A stretch of 64,000 nt of DNA from Candidatus Woesebacteria bacterium (GCA_016700095.1 CP065002.1:1060145-1124144); one strand, 5' to 3'. Counted from the first letter of the stretch, positions 19,051 through 28,592 are shown. The notes: generated by a model from the sequence alone, not told the origin. Translations and numbers: made by a program.

Positions 19051-21270
19051 TTATACAGTTATAAGGTCTTTTTCTGACCTCTTCAATAGAACTGCATTTG
19101 TTGCAACGATAATTGAAGAGACACTCATCAAGAGTGCTGAAATTTCGGGTCTTAGTGAAATATTAAATGCAGGGTATAGAACACCTGCAGCAACAGGTAT
19201 AGCTAAGACGTTATAAATTGATGCCCAAAAGAGATTTTGTTTCATTTTCCTTACCGTTGCTTTTGAAAGCCTAATCGCCCTGATAACATCAGCCGGATCT
19301 GACTTCATAAGAACGACCCTTGCAGTTTCTATTGCAACATCAGTCCCCGCACCAATAGCGATTCCTATATCTGCTTGAGCAAGTGCTGGGGCATCATTCA
19401 CGCCATCTCCAACCATTGCGACAAATTTTCCTTCTTTTTGTAATTTCTTAACATAAGAAGCTTTATCCTCTGGCATTACATCCGCAAACACTCGCTTTAT
19501 TCCAAGTTTTTTCGCTACTGCAAGAGCTGTGGTTTCATTATCTCCTGTAATCATAGCTGTTTCGATACCTAGCTCATTCATCCGATCAACTGCTTTTTTG
19601 GCATTTTCTTTAATAGGGTCAGCTGCACCAACAACGGCTTTTACTTGTCCGTTCACGGCAAGAACCATGATTGTTTGTCCACTTTTTAAAAATGACTGTA
19701 TTTTAGTATCAAGTGGTGTAACATCAACATTATTTTCTCTCATGAGCTTTACCGTACCCACTAATACCTTTTTTCCTTCAATGACTGCCCGTACTCCTAA
19801 ACCTGAAAGATTCTCAAATTTTTCAATTCTGGTTGGAAGCTTAATCTTTTTACTCTTCATTTCTTCAAGAACTGCATTTGCAAGTGGATGGCTCGACTTT
19901 GCTTCTGCAGCTCCAATAAGTTGCAAAGCCTCTTTATCACTGAAGCCCTTAACACTACTCATGCTTGTAATTTTAGGCTTACCCTCTGTTAACGTTCCCG
20001 TTTTATCAAGCACGACGGCTTGAATTTTTGATACCTGCTCAAGAGTGGGAGCATCTTTAATAAGAATGTTGTGCTTTGCTCCAAGTCCTGTCCCAACTGC
20101 AACAGCAGTAGGTGTTGCAAGTCCTAATGCATCAGGACAGGCGATTACGACAGCAGATATTGCAAAAGTAAGTGCAAAGAGTAAAGGCTGTCCTGCTATA
20201 AAATACCAGACGGCAAAAGTAAGTAGACCGCTTCCTACGGCAAGAATTACCAAATAACCAGCGAATTTATCGGCGATTTTTTGTCCAGGAGCTTTGGAGT
20301 TCTGTGCTGTTTCAACCATTTTTGCTATTTGTGAAAGAGCAGTATCTTCTCCTACTTTTGTTGCTTTGAACTGAACTGACCCTGATTGATTGATAGATCC
20401 CCCAATAACCTGATCTCCACTACTTTTAGCAACAGGTATAGATTCTCCTGTAACGAGGGATTCATCAATTGCCGTTTCACCTTCAATAATTTCACCATCA
20501 ACAGGCACTTTATCACCAGGTTTTAATACTAATATATCTCCGATTTTTACCTCAGAAGTTGAAACCAACTCCTCTTTTCCATTTCTAAGGAGTCTTGCCT
20601 GGGGTGGAACTAAATTAAACAAAGCTTGGAGAGCGTCTGTCGTACCACGACGTGATTTCATCTCCATCCAATGTCCAAAGAGGACGAATGTAATAAGCAT
20701 TGCTGCTGCTTCATAGAATGTTTCATGACTCCCAAGCAGGGTGAGTATCACACTGAAACCATACGCTGCTGTTATACCCACCGCGATAAGCACAGACATT
20801 CCTAGCCGTCGGGTTTTCAATTCATAGTAAGAAGAATACAAGAATAACCAGCCACCATAAAAGAAAACCGGTGTTGTTAGCAAAAAGAGAAGCCAGGGAA
20901 TGGGAATTGGTGAGGGTAGGTTCCAATTAAACAGCATTCTACCCATTGAATATGCAAGGATAGGGATCGTTAAAATGAACGAGAAAAAGAACTTATTTCG
21001 TATATCCTCTTCCATGAGCTTTGCCATCTCACGTCCTGCTTTTCCTGTGTGATCCATACCCATTGTCATAGTCATGCTCATCTTTATTTTTTCCCAAAAG
21101 GACATATCATCAATGGGTTTCATTGTGTGCTCATGACTCATATGGCTTTCATGCATTCCATGTTTATCATTCTTTACTTCAACAAGTGCCATACCACATT
21201 TAGGACAAACACCAGGTTTGTCTTTTCTGACTTCAGGATGCATTGGACAGGAATATGTTTTGTTACTCAT
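19051..21270 (-). CDS. Heavy-metal (copper-type) P1B ATPase with an N-terminal CPxHPE...CPxCGM metal-binding domain, a His/Met-rich stretch and an atypical CPD transmembrane motif
   Basis: CPMHPEVRKDKPGVCPKCGM; HGMHESHMSHEHTM...MSMTMTMGMDH; DKTGTLT phosphorylation site; GDGVNDAPAL hinge. TM6 reads IACPDALGLATP, i.e. CPD where CPC or CPH is usual. Confidence 0.9.
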   Translation of the reverse strand: MSNKTYSCPMHPEVRKDKPGVCPKCGMALVEVKNDKHGMHESHMSHEHTMKPIDDMSFWEKIKMSMTMTMGMDHTGKAGREMAKLMEEDIRNKFFFSFILTIPILAYSMGRMLFNWNLPSPIPIPWLLFLLTTPVFFYGGWLFLYSSYYELKTRRLGMSVLIAVGITAAYGFSVILTLLGSHETFYEAAAMLITFVLFGHWMEMKSRRGTTDALQALFNLVPPQARLLRNGKEELVSTSEVKIGDILVLKPGDKVPVDGEIIEGETAIDESLVTGESIPVAKSSGDQVIGGSINQSGSVQFKATKVGEDTALSQIAKMVETAQNSKAPGQKIADKFAGYLVILAVGSGLLTFAVWYFIAGQPLLFALTFAISAVVIACPDALGLATPTAVAVGTGLGAKHNILIKDAPTLEQVSKIQAVVLDKTGTLTEGKPKITSMSSVKGFSDKEALQLIGAAEAKSSHPLANAVLEEMKSKKIKLPTRIEKFENLSGLGVRAVIEGKKVLVGTVKLMRENNVDVTPLDTKIQSFLKSGQTIMVLAVNGQVKAVVGAADPIKENAKKAVDRMNELGIETAMITGDNETTALAVAKKLGIKRVFADVMPEDKASYVKKLQKEGKFVAMVGDGVNDAPALAQADIGIAIGAGTDVAIETARVVLMKSDPADVIRAIRLSKATVRKMKQNLFWASIYNVLAIPVAAGVLYPAFNISLRPEISALLMSVSSIIVATNAVLLKRSEKDLITV

Positions 21271-21297
21271 AACTATTTCTCAGCTGCATAATATATT

Positions 21298-21318
21298 TGT
21301 ACTACTTATTGTAGTACA
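21298..21318. promoter_or_regulatory. Palindromic operator TGTACTAC-TTATT-GTAGTACA (TACTAC-N5-GTAGTA) 28 nt upstream of the ATPase start
   Basis: Perfect 8-bp inverted repeat. The same core is found at 26201, 27629 and 34774. Confidence 0.55.
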
Positions 21319-21321
21319 CAG

Positions 21322-21816
21322 TCAAAAGGATTTTTTGAGAGCGTTTTCGTATTTATATGGATTAGAGATTCCTGTCAGGGTAACTTCACCTTGATACCCT
21401 CCTGAAGCACTTGTTTTTAATATAACATCTCCGTAGTTAAAAATCTTTCCTAATAAAGACTGGTGTGTTGTAATAGATCTAATGTTTTCGAAATGAAATA
21501 CATCTTCTTCTGTGCTAAGTATTCCAGTTCTTTGTATTAAATGCTTATCTGTAAGAAAATAGGTATTATTGGCCCACTGCAAAATCACATAAGTAATGAG
21601 AAAAATTTCTAATATGATCTTTCCTATTTGTGTGATAAAGAGCATTACTGAAATGTGGTGATGGAAATCAAAAGGAATACCAAAGCCTAAATTAAGGAGA
21701 TAAAATATAAGGCTGTAAAGAGAGTCTATAATAAACAGTATAAGTGCAAGTTTTAGAGTTAAAACAAAAATGCTTCCTCTTATTGGTTCGACATTATGTT
21801 CGTGTTCCCTCGTCAT
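21322..21816 (-). CDS. Membrane protein with a bacterial PH (bPH_2/YdbS-like) domain
   Basis: Two TM helices, then LTDKHLIQRTGILSTEEDVFHFENIRSI...GDVILKT, resembling the DUF304/bPH_2 family. Confidence 0.5.
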   Translation of the reverse strand: MTREHEHNVEPIRGSIFVLTLKLALILFIIDSLYSLIFYLLNLGFGIPFDFHHHISVMLFITQIGKIILEIFLITYVILQWANNTYFLTDKHLIQRTGILSTEEDVFHFENIRSITTHQSLLGKIFNYGDVILKTSASGGYQGEVTLTGISNPYKYENALKKSF

Positions 21817-22039
21817 ACCTTGATCTCTTTCCTTTTAATATTTGGCTTATACCTCTTTTCACCTATTGTAAACGTCATCATAATCGGGCATAGAAGAACT
21901 ATTGTTAATAGTAATAGTACCGAAACATCAATAGATCTTTGAAAAAATAGAAAAGCTCCCATTGTCAAGACTACGATCCAAACAGGCCAAGATGTTTGGA
22001 GTTTTTTATTATTCAGATTATTTACACCTCCTCCACAAT

Positions 22040-23671
22040 TTAGATTACTTCAAACTGTGACATCATTCCCGCTTCCATATGCTCAGGTATATGACAGTGA
22101 AGCACCCAGTCACCCGGATTATCCATCTCGACAAGTAGCTCTACAGTATCACCAGTTTGGATAAGAACTGTGTCTTTCCAGACTAAATTTTGATTAGGTA
22201 CACCATTGGTATTAAGTACTAAGAAACGTTGTCCATGAACATGAATAGGGTGCTGCATTGGATGTGGTGCTTTTGGATCATTGATAAGTTTGAGTTTTAT
22301 TTTGTCACCTTTTTTAAACTGCCATTTTATATCCATATTCTCCTGCCTAGTTTCTGTATCAACAAGTTTCCAGTTAATCATTTTTGTATCAGACATCACA
22401 TTCATCTGACCCATATCATCTTCCCACTCAATCTTCTGAACCGTCCCGTCATTTAATGGCATTTCTTCATTACTCATCATTGATCCACCATGCATATTAT
22501 GCATACCTTCATTATTTTCATTTTGCTGCATCATATTCCCCATCATTGATAACGTCATATTGAGTGTTTTATCTGCAGGCTTTGTAAAGAGTGGTCGAAG
22601 GGCTGTAAGAGAGTTGATAAAATCTTGATTTACTCTTGGAACAAGAAGATAAGATGTGGTAACTGGAGTAGTAGCAACAGCTACTGTGCCCAGTGTATAC
22701 GTCTTTTCAGGTGTTTTATTAACTATCTGGAAATCTCCTGACTGTTCAAACCAGATTTCAACTATTGAGCGCTCAGATGGTCCTATTACAACTGTGTCCA
22801 CCCATTCTTCTTTTTCATATTTCCCGTTATCTGCACCTACTAATCTCATTCGAGTGTTTGGAATTGAAAAGTTAAATACTCTGGTATTGGCAGCATTCGT
22901 AAGATATAAGCGGACTCGTTCACCTTGTTTTATAGATAGTTTGTACTTGTCATCACCATTAATAAGCATGGTATTTCCATATCTTCCCATCAGGGTGTGA
23001 TTTGCTCCTGATTTACTAAAAGAGGCTATTTTGCCATTTTGAATGAGAATATCATCAAGAAACAGTGCTTCTTCCCGATCAACCTCTGCCCAATAATCTG
23101 ACTGATTTGGTGTCACAACATAATTACCATATAACCCCAGCTCTTGAGCATAGTCTTCTCGAAGATGTGGATGATACCAATATATTCCTTCATCAGGAAA
23201 CTTTATTTTATAAGTAAATGATTCACCGACTTTAATTGCTTCTTGGGTAACGTCCACTACGCCATCAAATTGATTATCAAGCCTTACTCCGTGTGAGTGG
23301 AGTGCTGTATCAACATCAGTGTCATTTTTAAAATTGAGAGTAATTTCTGAGCCTTGGTCTACTTTAATTAAAGGACCAGGAATTGAGCCATTATACGCAA
23401 GCATTTTGACTTCAGTGCCATTAATATTTTTTTTGACTATGCTTGCTGTCAAATCATAGGTATCACCATTTTTTAGCTCAACAACTCTTGATGCTTTTGC
23501 TTCAGGATAATTATTTACCTCTTTTGAATATTCTCCTGTCTTACTCGAACTTTCTCTTTGCTTCTGAGTATTTGAATACAAGTATATTCCTGCCCCCACA
23601 AGCACAATCCCAATAATAATCGCGGCTAGAACTTTTTGCATATTATTCATAACGAATTTCAATATTATCAC
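22040..23671 (-). CDS. Multicopper oxidase (CueO/PcoA-like) with a Met-rich insert
   Basis: Copper-ligand motifs WYHPHL and HCHIPEHMEAGMM. Met/His-rich segment MTLSMMGNMMQQNENNEGMHNMHGGSMM. Confidence 0.9.
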   Translation of the reverse strand: MIILKFVMNNMQKVLAAIIIGIVLVGAGIYLYSNTQKQRESSSKTGEYSKEVNNYPEAKASRVVELKNGDTYDLTASIVKKNINGTEVKMLAYNGSIPGPLIKVDQGSEITLNFKNDTDVDTALHSHGVRLDNQFDGVVDVTQEAIKVGESFTYKIKFPDEGIYWYHPHLREDYAQELGLYGNYVVTPNQSDYWAEVDREEALFLDDILIQNGKIASFSKSGANHTLMGRYGNTMLINGDDKYKLSIKQGERVRLYLTNAANTRVFNFSIPNTRMRLVGADNGKYEKEEWVDTVVIGPSERSIVEIWFEQSGDFQIVNKTPEKTYTLGTVAVATTPVTTSYLLVPRVNQDFINSLTALRPLFTKPADKTLNMTLSMMGNMMQQNENNEGMHNMHGGSMMSNEEMPLNDGTVQKIEWEDDMGQMNVMSDTKMINWKLVDTETRQENMDIKWQFKKGDKIKLKLINDPKAPHPMQHPIHVHGQRFLVLNTNGVPNQNLVWKDTVLIQTGDTVELLVEMDNPGDWVLHCHIPEHMEAGMMSQFEVI

Positions 23672-24152
23672 CCTCCTTCATCATGTAATTTTCAAAATCA
23701 GTATTTTCCTTTCCATTGACAAGCATTTTAACTGTTCCATCTTGACCGTTTTTCTTATCTAAAATTGTTGTTGAGTTAAAGTCCTCCCCCCAAATTTTAA
23801 AGAAATTGCCAAGTTTTGTATCATCTTTCGTAACTACTCCCTGCGCTTCTATATGTACCACACCATCTTTTGCATCTGTATCGTGAGTATGAATCTTTTG
23901 ATGCACTGCTCCAAGTCCAATATTAGCTGGAAGTTCTTGTTTCAGACCTTTAATAATAATCGTAAGCTTTGGATGCCAGTGCAACCCGTTGTTTGCTACT
24001 ACCTGGTCAGGAGGGACAGATGATTCGCTACCTTTTGATAAAAAGAAAACTCCACCAATTAGTATAGATATTGTTAAAAGTGCTATTCCACCAATTACTC
24101 TCTTCTCAGTTGTCATAATCCTTACTGATTTCTGCATCATAGCTATCATCAA
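23643..24152 (-). CDS. Membrane-anchored periplasmic protein with His-rich motifs (possible metal-binding; hypothetical)
   Basis: N-terminal TM helix, and HWHP and HTHDTD motifs. It overlaps the MCO start, so it is translationally coupled within the copper operon. Confidence 0.4.
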   Translation of the reverse strand: MMIAMMQKSVRIMTTEKRVIGGIALLTISILIGGVFFLSKGSESSVPPDQVVANNGLHWHPKLTIIIKGLKQELPANIGLGAVHQKIHTHDTDAKDGVVHIEAQGVVTKDDTKLGNFFKIWGEDFNSTTILDKKNGQDGTVKMLVNGKENTDFENYMMKEGDNIEIRYE

Positions 24153-24339
24153 GTTTTTTAATTATAGAAATAATCTTATCTATTGAAATTTTCTCTGGAT
24201 CAAAGGTAACCTCAGTTTGCTGCTTTGCATAGTTTGTTTTTGCTTCTTTAACCCCTTCAGTATCCTCAAGCTCACCATCTATATTCATAGCGCAGCTTGT
24301 ACAATGCATACCAAATATATTTAGTTTTACTTTTTGCAT
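24106..24339 (-). CDS. copZ: Copper chaperone, heavy-metal-associated domain
   Basis: GMHCTSCA is the MxCxxC motif of the HMA domain. The protein is 77 aa. Confidence 0.85.
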   Translation of the reverse strand: MQKVKLNIFGMHCTSCAMNIDGELEDTEGVKEAKTNYAKQQTEVTFDPEKISIDKIISIIKKLDDSYDAEISKDYDN

Positions 24340-24344
24340 ATGTT

Positions 24345-25379
24345 TTATATTACGTTAATTGTTCCTCTATACATTCCCATACTGCACATGAACGGTATTT
24401 GTGTGCCTGGTTCATTTGGTGCGGTAAAGGTGACCGTATCAGTGTTTCCATTTGTGACGATTTTTTGGATATTGTACTTCGGTAGAGTAAACGCCTGTGC
24501 ACATCCACCTCCACCATTATTTACTAACCGTAGAGTTACTTTGGAACCAGCCTTAACATTTATGTTGTTGGGATTATATCCATTGTTATCAATAGTAATT
24601 GTTGCATCAGTTACGGCAACTGCTGCCTGAGCAGTAGGAGAAAAATCTCCTTCGCAAAAGGTGAATGTGCAATAGAAATTTGACCACACATTATCGAGTG
24701 TCAGATTACTTCCAGTTAATGCTATCGCTCCATTAAGATTATATACAGCAAGAAGAATAAGTGCATACGCTGCTACTTTTAAAAACCGTTTATGCATTGC
24801 ATCCCCGAGCCTCGTTGCGAGATACCCAAGTGTAAAAAAGACTGGAGAAGTTCCCAGTGTAAAAGCAGCAAGTATTGCAGCTCCATATACTGGGTTACCG
24901 GATGCAATCGCTAACGCCATCATTGCCTGTGTCGTCCCGCAGGGAATAAACACAGTAAACGCTCCAAGCATAGCAGGTGCAAAAATGCTATTACTTTTTG
25001 ACTGGTTCCTCACGAGTTTTGTTAGAAACTTAGGTGGCTGGATAATAAAGTATCTGAATATCGGGTGTACATTTAAAAGATTCAATGCCGTCCCGATCAT
25101 AAAGACTGCAACTGCAACCGTCATTATAATTTTCGCTGTAAGTGATAACTGAACAACTGAACCAAGCCAGCCAAGCAAGAAGCCAAGAATGGTATAAGCA
25201 ATTACCTTCGCAATGAGAAAAGAAATGATAGGTAATGCGTTACCAGAATTTTTGGTTTTTTCTTTTAATTTTTCTTCTTCACGCTGCGCAATTGTTGTGG
25301 CTAGAAGACCTCCTTGCACAGCAAGGCAAGTAAGACCACCTGTAAAAAGTCCTGTTAAAAATATTGCCCACAAGTTCAT
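24345..25379 (-). CDS. Polytopic membrane protein (CcdA/DsbD_2- or TauE-like permease core) fused to a C-terminal cupredoxin-like domain
   Basis: Six or more TM helices with intramembrane Cys (GGLTCLAVQGG, FIPCGTTQ). The C-terminal roughly 100 aa carry a beta-sandwich-like pattern ending GGGGCAQAF...FMCSMGMYRGTINVI. It lies between copZ and the dsbA-like gene. Confidence 0.45.
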   Translation of the reverse strand: MNLWAIFLTGLFTGGLTCLAVQGGLLATTIAQREEEKLKEKTKNSGNALPIISFLIAKVIAYTILGFLLGWLGSVVQLSLTAKIIMTVAVAVFMIGTALNLLNVHPIFRYFIIQPPKFLTKLVRNQSKSNSIFAPAMLGAFTVFIPCGTTQAMMALAIASGNPVYGAAILAAFTLGTSPVFFTLGYLATRLGDAMHKRFLKVAAYALILLAVYNLNGAIALTGSNLTLDNVWSNFYCTFTFCEGDFSPTAQAAVAVTDATITIDNNGYNPNNINVKAGSKVTLRLVNNGGGGCAQAFTLPKYNIQKIVTNGNTDTVTFTAPNEPGTQIPFMCSMGMYRGTINVI

Positions 25380-25382
25380 AAT

Positions 25383-26183
25383 TTATTGTAATTGTTTATC
25401 TATTTCTGCTTTAAATGTTGCAAACGGCATAGCACCCACAAGCGGCGTACCAGTAATAACCCCATCAGAAGTTGATTTACCTATAAAAAATGTTGGTGTG
25501 CCAGTTGCACCTACAGCTGCAGCATCTGCCAAATCTTTATCTACCTCGGCTTTATATTTATCTGAGTCAAGACATGATTGCAAAACTGAGCCATCTAGCC
25601 CTAGATCATTCGCGATAACTGATAACTGATCAAGTGCTAGCCCTGTTCCATTTGAGGTTGTTTTGGTAAATATTGCATCATGGTATTTGAAGTATGCTTC
25701 ATCTCCTCCTTGTTCTCTTGCACACTCAGCAGCCTGTGCTTCTTTATGAGCATTTGCGTGGAAGCTTAATGGTAAATCTCGAACAACATACTTTACTTTA
25801 CCTGTATCGATGTATTCTTTTTTAATTTGTGAGAATGTCTCATCATAATATCGTTTACAGAATGGACATTCATAATCTGTAAAGTCTATTAGAGTAACCT
25901 TTGCATTTTTATCACCAAGTACAGGATCATCATCAATTGAAACTTGTTTTGGAGTGGTGTCCTCCGGAGGAGCTTGTTGAGGCGGGACTTGCTGTGCTGC
26001 ACCTTGTGCGTTTGCAGTTGCTCCTTTTGCTAAAGCCCCACCTTTTTCTAAGTACTGCATCTTTGTCCAAAGAGACCCAATTAGGAAGGATGCAACCATT
26101 AAAGCAGCTATCAACAATAGTTGTGTTTTATTCAACTTTGGAACTCGTAACGTTATGTATTTATTTTCTGTTTGTTCAGCCAT
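25383..26183 (-). CDS. DsbA-like thiol-disulfide oxidoreductase (thioredoxin fold, CPFC)
   Basis: N-terminal TM anchor. A Pro/Gln-rich linker. Active site YECPFCKRYY. Confidence 0.8.
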   Translation of the reverse strand: MAEQTENKYITLRVPKLNKTQLLLIAALMVASFLIGSLWTKMQYLEKGGALAKGATANAQGAAQQVPPQQAPPEDTTPKQVSIDDDPVLGDKNAKVTLIDFTDYECPFCKRYYDETFSQIKKEYIDTGKVKYVVRDLPLSFHANAHKEAQAAECAREQGGDEAYFKYHDAIFTKTTSNGTGLALDQLSVIANDLGLDGSVLQSCLDSDKYKAEVDKDLADAAAVGATGTPTFFIGKSTSDGVITGTPLVGAMPFATFKAEIDKQLQ

Positions 26184-26200
26184 AATATAGCTAATAACTA

Positions 26201-26219
26201 CCTACTACATATTGTAGTA
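26201..26219. promoter_or_regulatory. Palindromic operator CTACTACA-TAT-TGTAGTAG upstream of the dsbA-like operon
   Basis: Perfect 8-bp arms. It contains the TACA..TGTA core of BlaI/MecI/CopY-family operators and lies 18-36 nt upstream of the start codon. Confidence 0.55.
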
Positions 26220-26262
26220 GTATTACTTTAGGAATGTCAAGGGTAAAAAATATTAGAGGCTA

Positions 26263-27276
26263 CTAATGTGTTGGGGTATATGGTTGTGATGCGTTTGGTT
26301 GATTTACTTCAGTATTTGGTATTTCAGAATAAAACTTATTTAAACTTTTTTCACTTGCGCATGAATTCATACACGCCCCATCTGCGCACAACATCATAAC
26401 ATCATGTTCTTCGTGATGAAGCTCTTTAGCGTGTACCGGCACAACAAAGATTGTTGCAAGAATAAGTGAAGAAAATACTGTGATTAGTAGATGTTTTAAT
26501 TTAAACTGTTTTTTAACAAATGGTTTATCCACTAATGAGTAAATTCTTGGCTCTAGAGTATCATGATCGGCAATTGCAGCAACAGGCACTGACTGAACAG
26601 TTGGGAAAGCAAGTAGTTTTTTGAGGGCGGATATAAGTGCGTAATGATTACCCAGCCTTTTAACGGCATATTGGTCAGCAGCGATCTCCCGATCAATTCT
26701 GTATTTTGTGATGAGATCACCTACAAGTGGGAAGAAGGGGAAGAGCGAATGAGCGACTGAGGCAACTATCATAGTAAATGTATCCCTGTTCTCTAAGTGG
26801 TATTGTTCATGCAGAAGTACTGCCTCAACTTCTTTTACTGACAGTTGAGATAATAAACCAGTTGATATGTAAATTTTAGTAGTTCTGATTCCTAGACAAA
26901 ATGCGAAGTGTTTACTTGATTTTACTAAGCTTACCTTATCTTGCAACCCAAGGTGCATGATAAGTTTATCGATCTTTTGGTTAGCAAAGACATTACCTCC
27001 TAATTTATATTTCAGAAATTGTACTTTGATATATAAAATCAAAAATTTTATGATTGAGATCGTTAAAATAATAAAAAGGAACGCAAAAGGAATAATACTG
27101 AGATAATAGGGAATTGGAACCATATTTGCCTCTATTAGTAATGACTGACAGTAATATGTAACGTGACCTAAAAGCGGAGAAAACTTTTGAAGCGTGTAAA
27201 ATAAAAGCGTTCCCAATAAAAGAAATAACCCTGAAAATAAGGCAAGATTTTTATTTATTTTTATCATACTCGTCAA
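26263..27276 (-). CDS. BlaR1/MecR1-like M56 signal-transducing metalloprotease that lacks the penicillin-binding sensor and instead has a short His/Met/Cys-rich C-terminal tail
   Basis: Four-TM M56 core with LLHEQYHLENRD (HExxH). After a final TM helix the tail reads HAKELHHEEHDVMMLCADGACMNSCASEK. The gene overlaps the blaI-like gene by 26 nt. Confidence 0.8.
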   Translation of the reverse strand: MTSMIKINKNLALFSGLFLLLGTLLFYTLQKFSPLLGHVTYYCQSLLIEANMVPIPYYLSIIPFAFLFIILTISIIKFLILYIKVQFLKYKLGGNVFANQKIDKLIMHLGLQDKVSLVKSSKHFAFCLGIRTTKIYISTGLLSQLSVKEVEAVLLHEQYHLENRDTFTMIVASVAHSLFPFFPLVGDLITKYRIDREIAADQYAVKRLGNHYALISALKKLLAFPTVQSVPVAAIADHDTLEPRIYSLVDKPFVKKQFKLKHLLITVFSSLILATIFVVPVHAKELHHEEHDVMMLCADGACMNSCASEKSLNKFYSEIPNTEVNQPNASQPYTPTH

Positions 27277-27628
27277 GAACTTCTAAAAAATACTTTCTCT
27301 TTTTTTCCGGCAGTTTATCAATACTATCCGCAAATGAAGCGATTGCAGTATCACCAAAAGAGCTAATGAAGTTCTTTAAGAACGATTGAGCTACATTTTT
27401 AGTATATTTTCCTTTTGAAATCTTAGGAGAGTAAATATGCCCAGCAGTATTTTCTTTTCGAGTTAGGAGACCTTTATCGAAGAGTCTTTGTAGAATTGTT
27501 GCAACTGTAGTGTATGCAAGCTTTTTATCTGTCTCAAGTTTATTAAGTACATCTCGTGCTGAACAATTTTTGCACTCCCATACAATATCCATTATCTGCT
27601 GCTCAAGCTCACCAAGAGAAGGTTTCAT
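27251..27628 (-). CDS. BlaI/MecI/CopY-family winged-helix transcriptional repressor
   Basis: LGELEQQIMDIVWE...ARDVLNKL...YTTVATILQRLFDKGLL is the family signature. There is no C-terminal CxCxxxxCxC motif. Confidence 0.85.
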   Translation of the reverse strand: MKPSLGELEQQIMDIVWECKNCSARDVLNKLETDKKLAYTTVATILQRLFDKGLLTRKENTAGHIYSPKISKGKYTKNVAQSFLKNFISSFGDTAIASFADSIDKLPEKKRKYFLEVLDEYDKNK

Positions 27629-27643
27629 ACTACATATTGTAGC
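27629..27643. promoter_or_regulatory. Operator-like palindrome ACTACATATTGTAGC abutting the blaI-like start codon
   Basis: Matches TACTAC-N5-GTAGTA with one mismatch. Confidence 0.45.
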
Positions 27644-27661
27644 AGGTTAGATTAATAATCA

Positions 27662-28582
27662 CTACTTCAGATGCTTGTTATAAAAGTCCAAGGTTCTCTC
27701 CGAGATTAAATCCCACCCTAAATTCCTAAAGTTATGATCTTGTCCTTCATATTCAAAGTACTCAAGTTGCTTTCCTTCTTTTTTTAATGCGTCTGAAAGT
27801 ATAATACTTGTCTCAGGATCAACTTCTGTGTCAGATAGGCCTTGATGAAGACTTATTGGAGTTTTATTCTTTGTAAGATTACTCATGAGAGAGTTATCCG
27901 AAGAATGACCACCACCAAGTGTTGGTGCCCAGAGAACTAAAGCTTTAATTGCATCAGTAGCTTCAACAGTTCGCAATGAAGTTTCTCCACCCATACTATG
28001 CCCCCACATACCTACTCGGTTTGCATCTCCTTTTTCAATATTCTTGACCGATGCGAGTAAATTGAGTACGTCTATGGCGTATTCCGGTTGATGCCCTCCA
28101 CCTTGTCCTTCAGACTTTCCATGTCCCCGATAGTCTGATGCCAAAGTTATGTAGCCATTGTTTGCCAGTATAGTTGCCATTCCATTTGTTCCATCTCCAG
28201 TCTGAAACGTTTGAGTGTCATAGTAACCGTGATTGAGAAGAATTACAGGAAAAGGTCCGATCCCTTCGGGTATATTCATAGCTGCATAAATCTTAAGGTT
28301 ATCAGATGTGTAAGAAATGATATATGGAGTAAAGTTAGATTCATTAGGAAGCACTTCTTCAATTTTTATTTCTCCACCATTAAACTCTCTCTTTCGTAAA
28401 CCCTCAATAAAGGATCGATCCTTGTCACTATCATTTTCTAGCAATTGATCACGCTCTGTATTTATATTTTGCGAAATGCCTATTTGCTGATTTGAGACAG
28501 GGAAGCTTTGTCTTTGCCATAGAATAAATGCTCCTATTCCAAAGATTAATATAACAGCTAAAATTATTAACTTTCTATTCAT
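27662..28582 (-). CDS. Secreted alpha/beta-fold hydrolase (S9/dienelactone-hydrolase-like)
   Basis: Signal anchor at the N-terminus. Nucleophile elbow GHSMGG. Confidence 0.75.
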   Translation of the reverse strand: MNRKLIILAVILIFGIGAFILWQRQSFPVSNQQIGISQNINTERDQLLENDSDKDRSFIEGLRKREFNGGEIKIEEVLPNESNFTPYIISYTSDNLKIYAAMNIPEGIGPFPVILLNHGYYDTQTFQTGDGTNGMATILANNGYITLASDYRGHGKSEGQGGGHQPEYAIDVLNLLASVKNIEKGDANRVGMWGHSMGGETSLRTVEATDAIKALVLWAPTLGGGHSSDNSLMSNLTKNKTPISLHQGLSDTEVDPETSIILSDALKKEGKQLEYFEYEGQDHNFRNLGWDLISERTLDFYNKHLK

Positions 28583-28592
28583 AACAACTTAT

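Noticed and set aside
22229-23000. ORFs 22229..22456 and 22656..23000 on the plus strand
   Set aside because: They are antisense to the multicopper oxidase gene. They have low-complexity composition and no motifs.
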